Part shown: positions 7,270 to 15,724 of the stretch, in pieces
Layout: each line of letters begins with the position of its first letter
Numbering within the stretch: the first letter of the stretch is position 1
DNA from: a virus
Lineage: Duplodnaviria > Caudoviricetes
IMG/VR virus record: IMGVR_UViG_3300027780_001580
Location: 32,001-96,000 of that record
Strand: one strand, 5' to 3'
Length of the DNA: 64,000 nucleotides
Translations under genes and position numbers: made by a program
The notes under the pieces: model-generated
Database searches by the model: none
Seen by the model: the letters and a program-made list of their open reading frames with translations, nothing else
What the model was told of the DNA's origin: nothing

Positions 7270-9944
7270 CCCCGAACCAGCATTGCTCTTACTTGTTTTT
7301 GCACACCTGCATTAGCAATCTTAGTTGCCAAGTCTGGTAAACTAACTTCACTACCTTGTTGTGTTCCACCTTGTTGTGTTCCACCTTGTTGTGTTCCACC
7401 TGTATTACCAAGCATTTTTTTAACTTGTGCTTCTACGCCTGCTTTTTTAATCTTTTGTGCTAAACTTGGAATTGCATTTGGTTGCGATGCTGTTGCACTA
7501 GTTGGTTCAGCACCTGCTTTAGCACCACCTGGAACTTTTGGTTTCTTAGCATTATTTCCAACTAACCCACCACCTGTTGCTTTAGGAGTTTCACCTGGAG
7601 CAGTTGTGCTAGATGGCTCTTGTTTGTCATTTTTAGTTGTTGCTTGTGCTTGTGTAGCTTTAGTGTTATCACCTGCTGTTGGCGCTTGTGTTGCGTCTAC
7701 GGCACCATCTGTCGCTTGTCCGCTGGCGTTTGGATCTTTCTCAAGTGGTTGTCCTGTATCTGTAGCAACTGTACCAATCTGTTCATCGCTTAACCCTTGT
7801 GCTGAAAGTATATTAGTAATAGATCCAGTGTCTGTAGGTTCACCTGCTTTTGTCCAAGCCTTGTTAAGTTTACGTGTTGTAACTTTCTGTCCTAATTCTT
7901 TACCTGCTTTTTTTGCTGTACCTGCAACTGCGCCTACAGCCTTGCCAAGGCCTTTGTTTGCTACTGCACCTGCTTTGTCTAAGCCAGAGCCTACTGCTTT
8001 ACCTGCACCTTTAGCCGCCGCTTTACCTATGTTAGCCGCACCTGCCGCGGCTTTCTTGGCCATTTGTTTAATGTCTATTTCATTAAGAATGTAATCTTCT
8101 AATTCGTAAAAGTATTGTTCTTCTAACTGTTCAGCATTTTTATAAACTTTTGATTCTTTCTTTGCACCTTTTTCTACATATTCTGATTTGGCTAATGCAC
8201 CACCAAGTGCAACTGCCGCCGCACCTTGCATAACTTTTTCTGCAACATCTTGAGCAAAGGTATCTCTAAGTGTATCCATACTTGCTTCTGAGTTGGACAT
8301 TATAACCTTGTCCATAAATTCTTTTACTAATGGGTTGTCTGGATCTGATTCTGCAAGTGCATCAATTGCGGCAAACATTTTATCGTTGAATATTTCTGGT
8401 GCAACTGATAAATTTTTAATTGCATAAACAATATCACCGTTTGCATCTACACCTTCAATTTGCACATCAACTTGAGCCATCCAAGGTTTCTCAGTTCCAG
8501 GCAATTTAGTTTCAACTTTACTTGTAAATGTTTCACCTGCTTCGTATTCACCTTCTATACCACCAATTACTTGTGGCTCACTGCCCATGAAACTGTTTAA
8601 TTCATCACTTGCACTAATTCTAACGCCTTCACGGAAGTTTGATTGATCAACTGCTCTTTGTAATTGTGTAGCCGCTTGTAAATCTTCAAACTCTTGATCA
8701 GACATTCCTGCTTTTAATAAGGCATCTTTATTTTCATCTAACCAACCATTACGTGGAAATTCGCTTGAATCAATATTAAATTTGTCGTTAAGTTCATCTG
8801 CACCGTATTGTGCTTTAACTGTACCTACTTCGTCACCTGATAATTTATCTGCATCTGGTGCACCATCGCCTGCAGGCTCACCGTACTCACCATCTTCGCC
8901 TGGTAGTGGTTCTGCAGTAGTACTTGTTGAAACATCATTAGCAGAAACTTTTACATCAACGCCTCGACCTTCAATACCAAACTCGTCTTGAATTGCGTCA
9001 ATAGATCCTTTGAGGTTATCACCAGCACCAAGTGTGTTAATTTTATCATTTAATTGATCTAACTGTTGCTGTAACACTTCACTTTCTTCAGCACCTAATT
9101 TTGGAATCATTTCTTCCATTGCTGAACGTGCTTGAATTAATTCTTTAGCCGCTGTGGCATCAATATCAGTAAGTGATGTTGCATCCATTGCATCAAGTTG
9201 ACTTATGTCAATAGCACCATCTTGGTTTACAAAGATATTTGTAACATCTGCTGGGAACATATCTTCTGCTGTTCCTGATATAGCATCTCCCAGTCCACCT
9301 GCAATAGCACCAAGTGCCGCGCCTTTAACACCTTTAGCAACTGCCGTTGATAGTTTATCGCCTTTAATAGTGTTGTTTGCTAACTTTAAAAAGAAACCAA
9401 TTGCGGCACCACTTAAAATACCACCACTTGCAAATGCAAGTACTGATGTCATAGCACCAATAATAAATGCACTCTTGGCTGGATTGTCTTTTGCAAATCC
9501 GCCCCACTTATCAACTCCTGCAAGAATCTTTTGTCCTGCTGGGTTTCCTTGTAGTTTAGTTTTTAATTGTGCTTTTAATTTTTCAAATTGTGCATCAAAG
9601 TTTTTAACAGGTCCGCTGTTTGCCGCAACATCCATTAACTTGTTAATTTCAGTTTTCATCTTGCCTGAAACTTCAGAAGTTACTTTACCTGCTTTACCTA
9701 ATGCTGTTAAATTCTCACCGCCTTCAATTGATACTTTTTCAGCCTGTGTAAATATTTTTTGTATTTCGTCTGGTGTAATGTCAGCTTCCATTAAGTTGCT
9801 GTACTGCTCAACTAATGGCCAAACATTCTTTTCCCATGAACCTACATAAAGTCTTTGATGCTCAGTTAACATTTCCCATGACTGAGATTCTGTCAATATT
9901 GCTTCTGACTTAAGGTTGTATGCTATTACTTCTTGTAGTTTCAT
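7266..9944 (-). CDS. Large hypothetical protein, possible internal head or ejection protein
   Basis: 892-aa ORF with AGGA SD. Contains a hydrophobic hairpin and Gly-zipper segments, an acidic middle and a low-complexity C-terminus. Confidence 0.75.
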   Translation of the reverse strand: MKLQEVIAYNLKSEAILTESQSWEMLTEHQRLYVGSWEKNVWPLVEQYSNLMEADITPDEIQKIFTQAEKVSIEGGENLTALGKAGKVTSEVSGKMKTEINKLMDVAANSGPVKNFDAQFEKLKAQLKTKLQGNPAGQKILAGVDKWGGFAKDNPAKSAFIIGAMTSVLAFASGGILSGAAIGFFLKLANNTIKGDKLSTAVAKGVKGAALGAIAGGLGDAISGTAEDMFPADVTNIFVNQDGAIDISQLDAMDATSLTDIDATAAKELIQARSAMEEMIPKLGAEESEVLQQQLDQLNDKINTLGAGDNLKGSIDAIQDEFGIEGRGVDVKVSANDVSTSTTAEPLPGEDGEYGEPAGDGAPDADKLSGDEVGTVKAQYGADELNDKFNIDSSEFPRNGWLDENKDALLKAGMSDQEFEDLQAATQLQRAVDQSNFREGVRISASDELNSFMGSEPQVIGGIEGEYEAGETFTSKVETKLPGTEKPWMAQVDVQIEGVDANGDIVYAIKNLSVAPEIFNDKMFAAIDALAESDPDNPLVKEFMDKVIMSNSEASMDTLRDTFAQDVAEKVMQGAAAVALGGALAKSEYVEKGAKKESKVYKNAEQLEEQYFYELEDYILNEIDIKQMAKKAAAGAANIGKAAAKGAGKAVGSGLDKAGAVANKGLGKAVGAVAGTAKKAGKELGQKVTTRKLNKAWTKAGEPTDTGSITNILSAQGLSDEQIGTVATDTGQPLEKDPNASGQATDGAVDATQAPTAGDNTKATQAQATTKNDKQEPSSTTAPGETPKATGGGLVGNNAKKPKVPGGAKAGAEPTSATASQPNAIPSLAQKIKKAGVEAQVKKMLGNTGGTQQGGTQQGGTQQGSEVSLPDLATKIANAGVQKQVRAMLVRG
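7354..7401 (-). repeat. 15-bp tandem repeat x3 encoding GGTQQ
   Basis: (ccttgttgtgttcca)x3 is seen directly. Confidence 0.9.
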
Positions 9945-9954
9945 GTTATAATCC

Positions 9955-10500
9955 TTATAGTAATTTCGCTAGTTCTGCTTTGTCCTGAGGACTAAGTGCG
10001 TCGATTGCTTTTTGGATATCTGCTGGTATACCACCTGGAGCACCACCTGGAGCACTACCGCCTGCGGCACCTCCTCCAAACTTATCACCTAAACTTGCTG
10101 GAGCCGCTTTTTGACCCACTGCCGCTTGACCTGCTTGTCCTTTAAATGAATCTTGCGAAACACCTTGTAGAATAGTGTCAACTTCTTTAGGAGTTATTGG
10201 ACCTGTCTTACCTGCTAATTGTTTTGTTGGAAGTTTTTGTTTTTGTAAAAAGTCTATAACTTCTTCTGCATTTGGCTTCTTATGGTTAGCACCTGTTTGA
10301 CCCATAAATGATCTGTACTGCGTAAATATTTCCTTTGCCCTAGCGTTAGCATCTAATCCACCTTGGATACCAGCCGCTGTTGCTTTTGCACCAACTGCGC
10401 CTGCTACTTTAGCACCTGCTTTTTTAGCTAAGTTACCAAGTACGTTGCCGCCAGGAGCCTCAGAAATAGTTGTTTCTGTTACTATCTGATTTATTTTCAT
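9955..10500 (-). CDS. Hypothetical Ala/Gly-rich late protein, possibly capsid-internal
   Basis: 181-aa ORF with AGGAG SD and a TATAAATA promoter; starts MKINQIVTETTISEAP. Confidence 0.75.
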   Translation of the reverse strand: MKINQIVTETTISEAPGGNVLGNLAKKAGAKVAGAVGAKATAAGIQGGLDANARAKEIFTQYRSFMGQTGANHKKPNAEEVIDFLQKQKLPTKQLAGKTGPITPKEVDTILQGVSQDSFKGQAGQAAVGQKAAPASLGDKFGGGAAGGSAPGGAPGGIPADIQKAIDALSPQDKAELAKLL

Positions 10501-10523
10501 AGCTTAAACTCCTTTATATAATA

Positions 10524-10531
10524 TATTTATA
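10524..10531 (-). promoter_or_regulatory. Perfect T4 late promoter TATAAATA
   Basis: Plus-strand tatttata upstream of the ATG at 10500. Confidence 0.75.
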
Positions 10532-10567
10532 CTTAATTAGTCTCAAACTAACCGTAAATACTCGACT

Positions 10568-10753
10568 ATGGTTACACATTATATTGTAATGGATGGAAAC
10601 AACACCGAAGTAGCACAAGTATACAGCTATGAAGAAGCCCTCCTAACACAGCAACAGTTAAATGTCATGAATCCCCAAGAAGAATACACTATTGTTGAAA
10701 AACAACATAGTTATATCAAAGCTGGATTCGGTCGTGATCCTGATCTACATTAA
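10568..10753 (+). CDS. Small hypothetical protein
   Basis: 61-aa ORF with GTAAATA (10554-10560) 7 nt before the ATG; ends GFGRDPDLH. Confidence 0.65.
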   Translation: MVTHYIVMDGNNTEVAQVYSYEEALLTQQQLNVMNPQEEYTIVEKQHSYIKAGFGRDPDLH

Positions 10754-10919
10754 TCGCGAGTGTCCATTAAGAATTGTATGTTAATGTATATTATTGTATT
10801 TGTGAGTGTATTGTATTGTTTGGAACAAGTACTACGTACTTGTTGTTTATCGCTATCGCTCAAACACTTCTATCTTTTATATAACAAGTGTTTATATATG
10901 AATAATATAAGTGCGAAGC

Positions 10920-11320
10920 ACTTTAGCATTATCTAGATAGTTAAGCCACAATTCGCCCGTTGCCGGACGAATTAAAAAAAGTGGAAACTCCTACATTATC
11001 TGAGTGAGCATCGCCACAACATGTTAAAGAAGATTTGTATGATATACAATGCATTCAACAATTTTAATAGTTAAATGTATAATATATAGTACAACGGAGG
11101 CGGCGTACCGCATACCCCCTACTTCAGCATTCGCAAATATACGCGGAAAGCAGTTGATCCCTAACAGTCGAAATCACTTACTCAGTGGTTGCTTTTTCTC
11201 AGAGCCACGATCTTTTATACCTAAGTTAGTATTGTCCTTGCAACTCGCTACACCCATCGACAGTATTTCATGCAGAATCTTAGCGGATCGAGCAACCCCG
11301 ATCAATCAATGTTGCTATGT
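10920..11320 (-). ncRNA. Putative large structured non-coding RNA of unknown family
   Basis: Gene-free, locally GC-richer region. Nested stems have mismatches that mostly become G-U pairs on the minus strand, with a GCAA (GNRA) loop, a UACG (UNCG) loop and two long-range helices. Boundaries are approximate. Confidence 0.6.
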
Positions 11321-11325
11321 TGTGC

Positions 11326-11748
11326 CTATATGTTTTTTAATGCTTCGATTAAGATTTTAGAACTGCCAACTCGTACATTAATGATACCGTTGTAATATTC
11401 ATCGGTCTCAAGTACTCTACGATCAAACTGTTCTTTTGCCTCTATGTAACTTAAAACGCCTCTGCTAGGACAAAAATGCAAAATTTCTCTTGTAAATTTA
11501 TCTTCGCCTAATGTTGCAACGTCTGCTAATAGCTTGTCACTAGATCCCCAATAAGTTTTCCAGTCACTTTCCTTAGTTCCACGTCTTTTATTTTTTCTGC
11601 CTTTTAGCGGCGGTTTAGTTGTTTTAAATCGGGCTAATTTTTTGCCTATGTACTTGCGGTCGTTAGTTAAGTTTGTTATCAAATATACAAAACCTTCGCA
11701 GTCTGTTGGAAGATCCTCTATTTTCTTGTTTTGATAAGTCCACTGCAT
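11326..11748 (-). CDS. Stand-alone GIY-YIG family nuclease (Seg-like catalytic domain)
   Basis: Motifs GFVYLITNLTNDRKYIGKK, YWGSS, FTREIL, catalytic-type E in SYIEAKEQF and YYN. There is no C-terminal DNA-binding domain. Confidence 0.8.
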   Translation of the reverse strand: MQWTYQNKKIEDLPTDCEGFVYLITNLTNDRKYIGKKLARFKTTKPPLKGRKNKRRGTKESDWKTYWGSSDKLLADVATLGEDKFTREILHFCPSRGVLSYIEAKEQFDRRVLETDEYYNGIINVRVGSSKILIEALKNI

Positions 11749-11772
11749 GAACTTACTTACTGTTGCCTGTGA

Positions 11773-11979
11773 TTATTGTTCTTGATTGTGGTTTGTCTTG
11801 TTAGATGTAAAGTCGTCCATGATCTCTACTCGTCGAGCAGAGCATAGTCGTCTAATTTCACTGAGCCACTTACGAGCTTCACGCTTAGTACGTTCGCTTT
11901 TACGAATTTCAAATGATTCGTTAGCTTTATAGTACCGCATGTACGCCTTTGTAAGTAGATCATGTGTATCGTCTTGCAT
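11773..11979 (-). CDS. Small basic protein, histone H1-like Hc1-related
   Basis: Motif REARKWLSEIRRLCSARRVEI resembles the phage Hc1-like R.RK.L.EI..L...RR.EI pattern. Confidence 0.5.
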   Translation of the reverse strand: MQDDTHDLLTKAYMRYYKANESFEIRKSERTKREARKWLSEIRRLCSARRVEIMDDFTSNKTNHNQEQ

Positions 11980-13748
11980 TACTGAATCTCAATATCGTTA
12001 TCGTAGCTAGTAAATCCGTTCTCTTTAATAACTTTAAGCACGTTAGTAACACGCCCAATTAATTCATCTTTGTGTGAAATTAGATATACGTTCTTATTAC
12101 GTTCTCTAGCCATCTTCTTTAAAATACTAATTGAACATTCAACACCAGCAGTATCCATACCACTATCAATAAGCTCATCGATAAACAATAAGTTAATATT
12201 CTGGTACAAACTTTCCCATACGTCACGGAATGACCAACTCATACCAAGTATAAGTCTATTACGCTCTCCTCTTGACAAGTTATCAAAGTCTAAGTCTTGT
12301 CCTAGCTGTTGTATCTCAACAGTAAGATCGTTTTTAAATACAACTGTATGCGGAAGACCGATCTTATCAAGATAGTATGTAAGTCTGTTGTTTAAGTATG
12401 CTAAGTTTTGTTCAATAATCTTTTTACGAATAAAACTATCTTTATTTGTTAACAACTTGTACAAGAAGTCTTGATGTTCTTTTTCACTAGTTAGGTCGTT
12501 AACAACTTCCCAATTAAGTTCTTGAATAGCAGTTTCATTCAAATCATCAATCTGTTCTTGATAAGGATCAAGTTCTTCTTGCTTTGCTGTTAATGCACTC
12601 TTCAAATTATCAACATTACTTCTATGCTCGTATGCTTCTTTAGCATTTTCATAAAATGTATTAGGTTTACTTTCAATATCACCTAGTTCAGAAATCTTTG
12701 TAACAACTTTATCAAACTTATCAGCAATTTCAATTAGGTATGTGTGTGCATCACCGTAATCTTTTTGTAATTTTTCTACAAGTTCTTCTAATTTGTCGTC
12801 ATGTAAGTCTTGCCCACAAGCATAACACTTTGCGTGTTCTAAATCGTCTAGTTCTTTACCAGACTTCTTCATATTCTTGTCAGCTTGTTCTAATGCACGT
12901 TCAACTGTTGATCGTTCTTTGATTAAATTGTTACTCTTGGTAGTTTTTTCTGACCAAGTACTAAGAAGATCGTGAGCTTCTAGCTCAGAGTCAATGTCTA
13001 GCTTTTCTAAATCTTTAATTGCTTTATCTAACTTGTCACAGTCTTGTTTATTTTGAGAAATCCAAGCCTTGCGCCTAGTATGCAATCGATCAATGTTTTC
13101 TTTAATTTTTTCGTTGCTTGTTGTAACTGCTTGTAGTCTAGCAGTTTCTTCTGTAAGCTGATCTTTAGTTTTTTTAGATTCTTCTCTAAGTCTGTCAGCT
13201 TTTTTAGATAATATAGTAATACCTAGTAACTGTTCAATGATCTCTCGTTGATCATTACTCTTTAATGATAGAAAGGGTTCTGTATATGTGTTTAATGCAA
13301 GTATATGCTTAAACATAGTATGACTCATGCCAAGAAGTGTGTTGATATCTTCTTGAGTCTTACGACTATCACCTTGACTTTCGTCAGTAATCTCTTGATC
13401 CTGATCATCAATACTAAATTTTAACAAATTAGGTTTACGTCCACGTTCGATATGATATTTTCTACCATCTTTTTCAAACGTAAGTGTTACCAACATCGCT
13501 TTGTTATTAGTTTTATTAACTAAATTGTCCTTGCGTATGTTAGTTAGTGCTTGGCCGTACAGAGCATATGACAACGCATTAATAATTGTTGTCTTTCCTG
13601 TACCGTTACGGCTCCCAGAATCGTCACCTCCTTGATCTAAGTTTTCACCAAGCACTAACGTCAGTTGTTCGCGGTCAAAATCAACACCTTGTGTAGAATT
13701 ACCTACACTCATAAAGTTTTTAACTGTTAATTCTTTTATCTTAATCAT
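11979..13748 (-). CDS. gp46: Recombination ATPase subunit gp46 (Rad50/SbcC-like)
   Basis: KNFMSVGN, Walker A NGTGKTT, zinc-hook CYACGQ, signature LSRGE and Walker B LLFIDE. ATG 13748 is preferred over TTG 13757. Confidence 0.95.
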   Translation of the reverse strand: MIKIKELTVKNFMSVGNSTQGVDFDREQLTLVLGENLDQGGDDSGSRNGTGKTTIINALSYALYGQALTNIRKDNLVNKTNNKAMLVTLTFEKDGRKYHIERGRKPNLLKFSIDDQDQEITDESQGDSRKTQEDINTLLGMSHTMFKHILALNTYTEPFLSLKSNDQREIIEQLLGITILSKKADRLREESKKTKDQLTEETARLQAVTTSNEKIKENIDRLHTRRKAWISQNKQDCDKLDKAIKDLEKLDIDSELEAHDLLSTWSEKTTKSNNLIKERSTVERALEQADKNMKKSGKELDDLEHAKCYACGQDLHDDKLEELVEKLQKDYGDAHTYLIEIADKFDKVVTKISELGDIESKPNTFYENAKEAYEHRSNVDNLKSALTAKQEELDPYQEQIDDLNETAIQELNWEVVNDLTSEKEHQDFLYKLLTNKDSFIRKKIIEQNLAYLNNRLTYYLDKIGLPHTVVFKNDLTVEIQQLGQDLDFDNLSRGERNRLILGMSWSFRDVWESLYQNINLLFIDELIDSGMDTAGVECSISILKKMARERNKNVYLISHKDELIGRVTNVLKVIKENGFTSYDNDIEIQ

Positions 13749-14757
13749 CTCTACCAAGCTCCCGGTATATATCTAACAGCTTTTTCTTGTCAAAGTTGTC
13801 TGATTCAATTGCTTCAATCTCTTTAGATACAATCTCGTCAACACTTTCAAACTGTGCAATGTCAATTTCACTGTTCATAGCTTCGTCTTGTGTACTTGGA
13901 ATCAGTGTAATCTCTCTGCATTCATATTCTTGAATAAATGTTTCTTTAATAAAACTTGCTTCTTCGTAACTAATAGGTAAGTCTAATGAAACTCGCAAAT
14001 ACATCTTAGGTTTAATAAGTGTATCTTTCTCATCTAATAGTCGACTTAGTTTTACAGTACGATACTTAGGGCAGTTCCACCAGTTAATATACTCAGGTTC
14101 ACCATCGTGTTCTAAAATCATCATGCCACGTTCGTCATCCCATGCATCTGCATAGTTGTGTGGCAATGCATTTCCAATATAGTGTACAGGTCCTTTAACT
14201 TGACGCTTATGAAAGTGTCCACTAAACACATATTCTTGGTGTTGGAAATGTTCTGCTCTAAGTTCTCCGTGGTCTGGCATCTGTACCATAGCATTCATAT
14301 AGAAACTAGGCAGTTCAAAGTGTCCAAATATATACTTGCTTTTAATTTTACTAATCTTTTTCCACTCATCTCCTACTAACCAAGGAACAAGTGTGCTATC
14401 ACCAATGGTCATAATTTCATTAACCATTGTAATGCCGTCAATATGTTTACCAAATGCAACAGAGTTTAAATCTCTTTTGTCTTTGTAGTATAAATCGTGG
14501 TTTCCAGGAAAGAAGTAAAAGTTTTCAAACGCTTTACCCAACTTTTCTAAAGAACGCAGAGTAGCATCAAGTGTTGTAATGTTCAAACTGTTTCTATTAT
14601 GATGCCAATCGCCCATAAAGATACCAGTCTCACAGCCAGCGGCTTGAGCTTGTTCAATGTACCAATCTATGAATTCTTCACAGTCGTCATTGTGCGTTTT
14701 TGAATTGGACTTTAGTCCAAAGTGTATGTCTGTAAAGACAGCGGCCTTTTTAAACAA
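13741..14757 (-). CDS. gp47: Recombination nuclease subunit gp47 (Mre11/SbcD-like)
   Basis: Metallophosphoesterase motifs TDIHFG, GDWHH, GNHD, GHFE and SGHFH. TTG start with GAGG SD. Confidence 0.95.
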   Translation of the reverse strand: MFKKAAVFTDIHFGLKSNSKTHNDDCEEFIDWYIEQAQAAGCETGIFMGDWHHNRNSLNITTLDATLRSLEKLGKAFENFYFFPGNHDLYYKDKRDLNSVAFGKHIDGITMVNEIMTIGDSTLVPWLVGDEWKKISKIKSKYIFGHFELPSFYMNAMVQMPDHGELRAEHFQHQEYVFSGHFHKRQVKGPVHYIGNALPHNYADAWDDERGMMILEHDGEPEYINWWNCPKYRTVKLSRLLDEKDTLIKPKMYLRVSLDLPISYEEASFIKETFIQEYECREITLIPSTQDEAMNSEIDIAQFESVDEIVSKEIEAIESDNFDKKKLLDIYRELGRDD

Positions 14758-14783
14758 ATCATTTACCTCACGAATTATACTTT

Positions 14784-14812
14784 ATTGTACAACATATAGA
14801 TTCAAGTGTCAA
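14784..14812 (-). promoter_or_regulatory. Sigma70-type promoter for gp47-gp46
   Basis: TTGACA-N17-TACAAT on the minus strand. Confidence 0.8.
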
Positions 14813-14813
14813 C

Positions 14814-15644
14814 CTATTTCTTTTCAGTTGCTTTTTTATGCTTTTCAAGTTCAGCTTCCCACTGACCTTGGTTCTGTCTAGTAAAGGAAGGATTCATATT
14901 GTTCATCTCAAGAATATCATCTCTAATATTTTGATTACGTTTTTCAATATTAATAATTCTTACAAAACTATTTGTAACAGCCGCAGTATAATATGCAAAC
15001 GGATTATTAGACTTTGATTCGTCAAATTGTAGACCAATCTGCGTTAGCTGGAGAATTGCTTGTCCACGCATTTCGTCATTGTATGTATATCCACGTACAT
15101 TACCTCGGGTAGCATAGCGTTCGCACAACTTCATCCACATCAGTGCAAGTTTGTTAGTTGCTTGTCCGCCACTTAAACTAAAGTAACCATTTTCCATACC
15201 ACCTTCCCAATGACTTTTACCTACAAGTTCAAGTTCATCGTTAGCATTAAACCTATAATGCACGTATGGAGGAAAATTTAACTTAACTTTAGTATCAGCT
15301 ATAGTTTTAGGGTTTTTCTTACGACCCGGTTGTTCTGGAACATGATCATATGTCATGACCCTAAATACCACGTCTTGTTTGGTTATTGTTTTATAGTCAA
15401 CTTCGGTTTCAGCTTGTTTAACCTTCTCACCAGCCAGCTTCCTTCGTTCGTATTCTGCATGACCAATACGTTTAGCTTGGGCTCGTTTAGCTTCTGCTAT
15501 AGTTCTAATGTTAATTTTATCAACACTTGGTAATATTAAGTCAAATTGTGCATCCGCAGGGTCCATAAAACTGCTGAACGTGCTCTTTGATTTATGTATC
15601 TCAGACAACAAGTCTCGATTGTTTAAGTAATTCACTTTTCTCAT
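14814..15644 (-). CDS. gp55: Late-transcription sigma factor gp55
   Basis: NYLNNRDLL, N.RGYTY.DEM and FDESKSNNPFAYYT motifs; T4-like synteny 55-47-46. Confidence 0.9.
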   Translation of the reverse strand: MRKVNYLNNRDLLSEIHKSKSTFSSFMDPADAQFDLILPSVDKINIRTIAEAKRAQAKRIGHAEYERRKLAGEKVKQAETEVDYKTITKQDVVFRVMTYDHVPEQPGRKKNPKTIADTKVKLNFPPYVHYRFNANDELELVGKSHWEGGMENGYFSLSGGQATNKLALMWMKLCERYATRGNVRGYTYNDEMRGQAILQLTQIGLQFDESKSNNPFAYYTAAVTNSFVRIINIEKRNQNIRDDILEMNNMNPSFTRQNQGQWEAELEKHKKATEKK

Positions 15645-15669
15645 TTAAGTTTTCTCCAGGTTATACTCT

Positions 15670-15698
15670 ATTATAAACTACATACTTAATAAAGTCAA
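15670..15698 (-). promoter_or_regulatory. Sigma70-type promoter for gp55
   Basis: TTGACT-N17-TATAAT on the minus strand. Confidence 0.85.
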
Positions 15699-15705
15699 CT
15701 AAATA
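15699..15705 (+). promoter_or_regulatory. Late promoter (CTAAATA) for the baseplate operon
   Basis: TAAATA core followed by AAGGAG SD and the ATG at 15725. Confidence 0.6.
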
Positions 15706-15724
15706 ACGTAAAGGAGTTCGCCAA

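Noticed and set aside
311-7401. Tandem repeats at 311-455 and 7354-7401 as CRISPR-like arrays
   Set aside because: They have no unique spacers and are in-frame coding repeats; no cas genes are present.
3448-9849. Long antisense ORFs (3448..4290, 4303..4791, 7606..8094, 9205..9849) and similar ones opposite the fibre genes
   Set aside because: These are shadow frames of real genes caused by codon bias. They are Ser/Pro/Ile-rich with no SD or motifs.
10920-11320. Assignment as tmRNA, RNase P RNA, tRNA, or group I/II intron
   Set aside because: I found no TpsiC arm or CCA end, no GAGGAAAGUC, no GUGCG start or domain V, and the flanking genes are not split.
11049-11360. 103-aa plus-strand ORF across the structured region
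   Set aside because: No SD, atypical composition and overlap with the nuclease 3' end. It is better explained as the antisense of a structured RNA.
11326-11748. Mobile intron-encoded homing endonuclease
   Set aside because: It does not interrupt a gene and lacks the C-terminal DNA-binding modules of typical Seg/I-TevI enzymes, so it is kept as a stand-alone nuclease.
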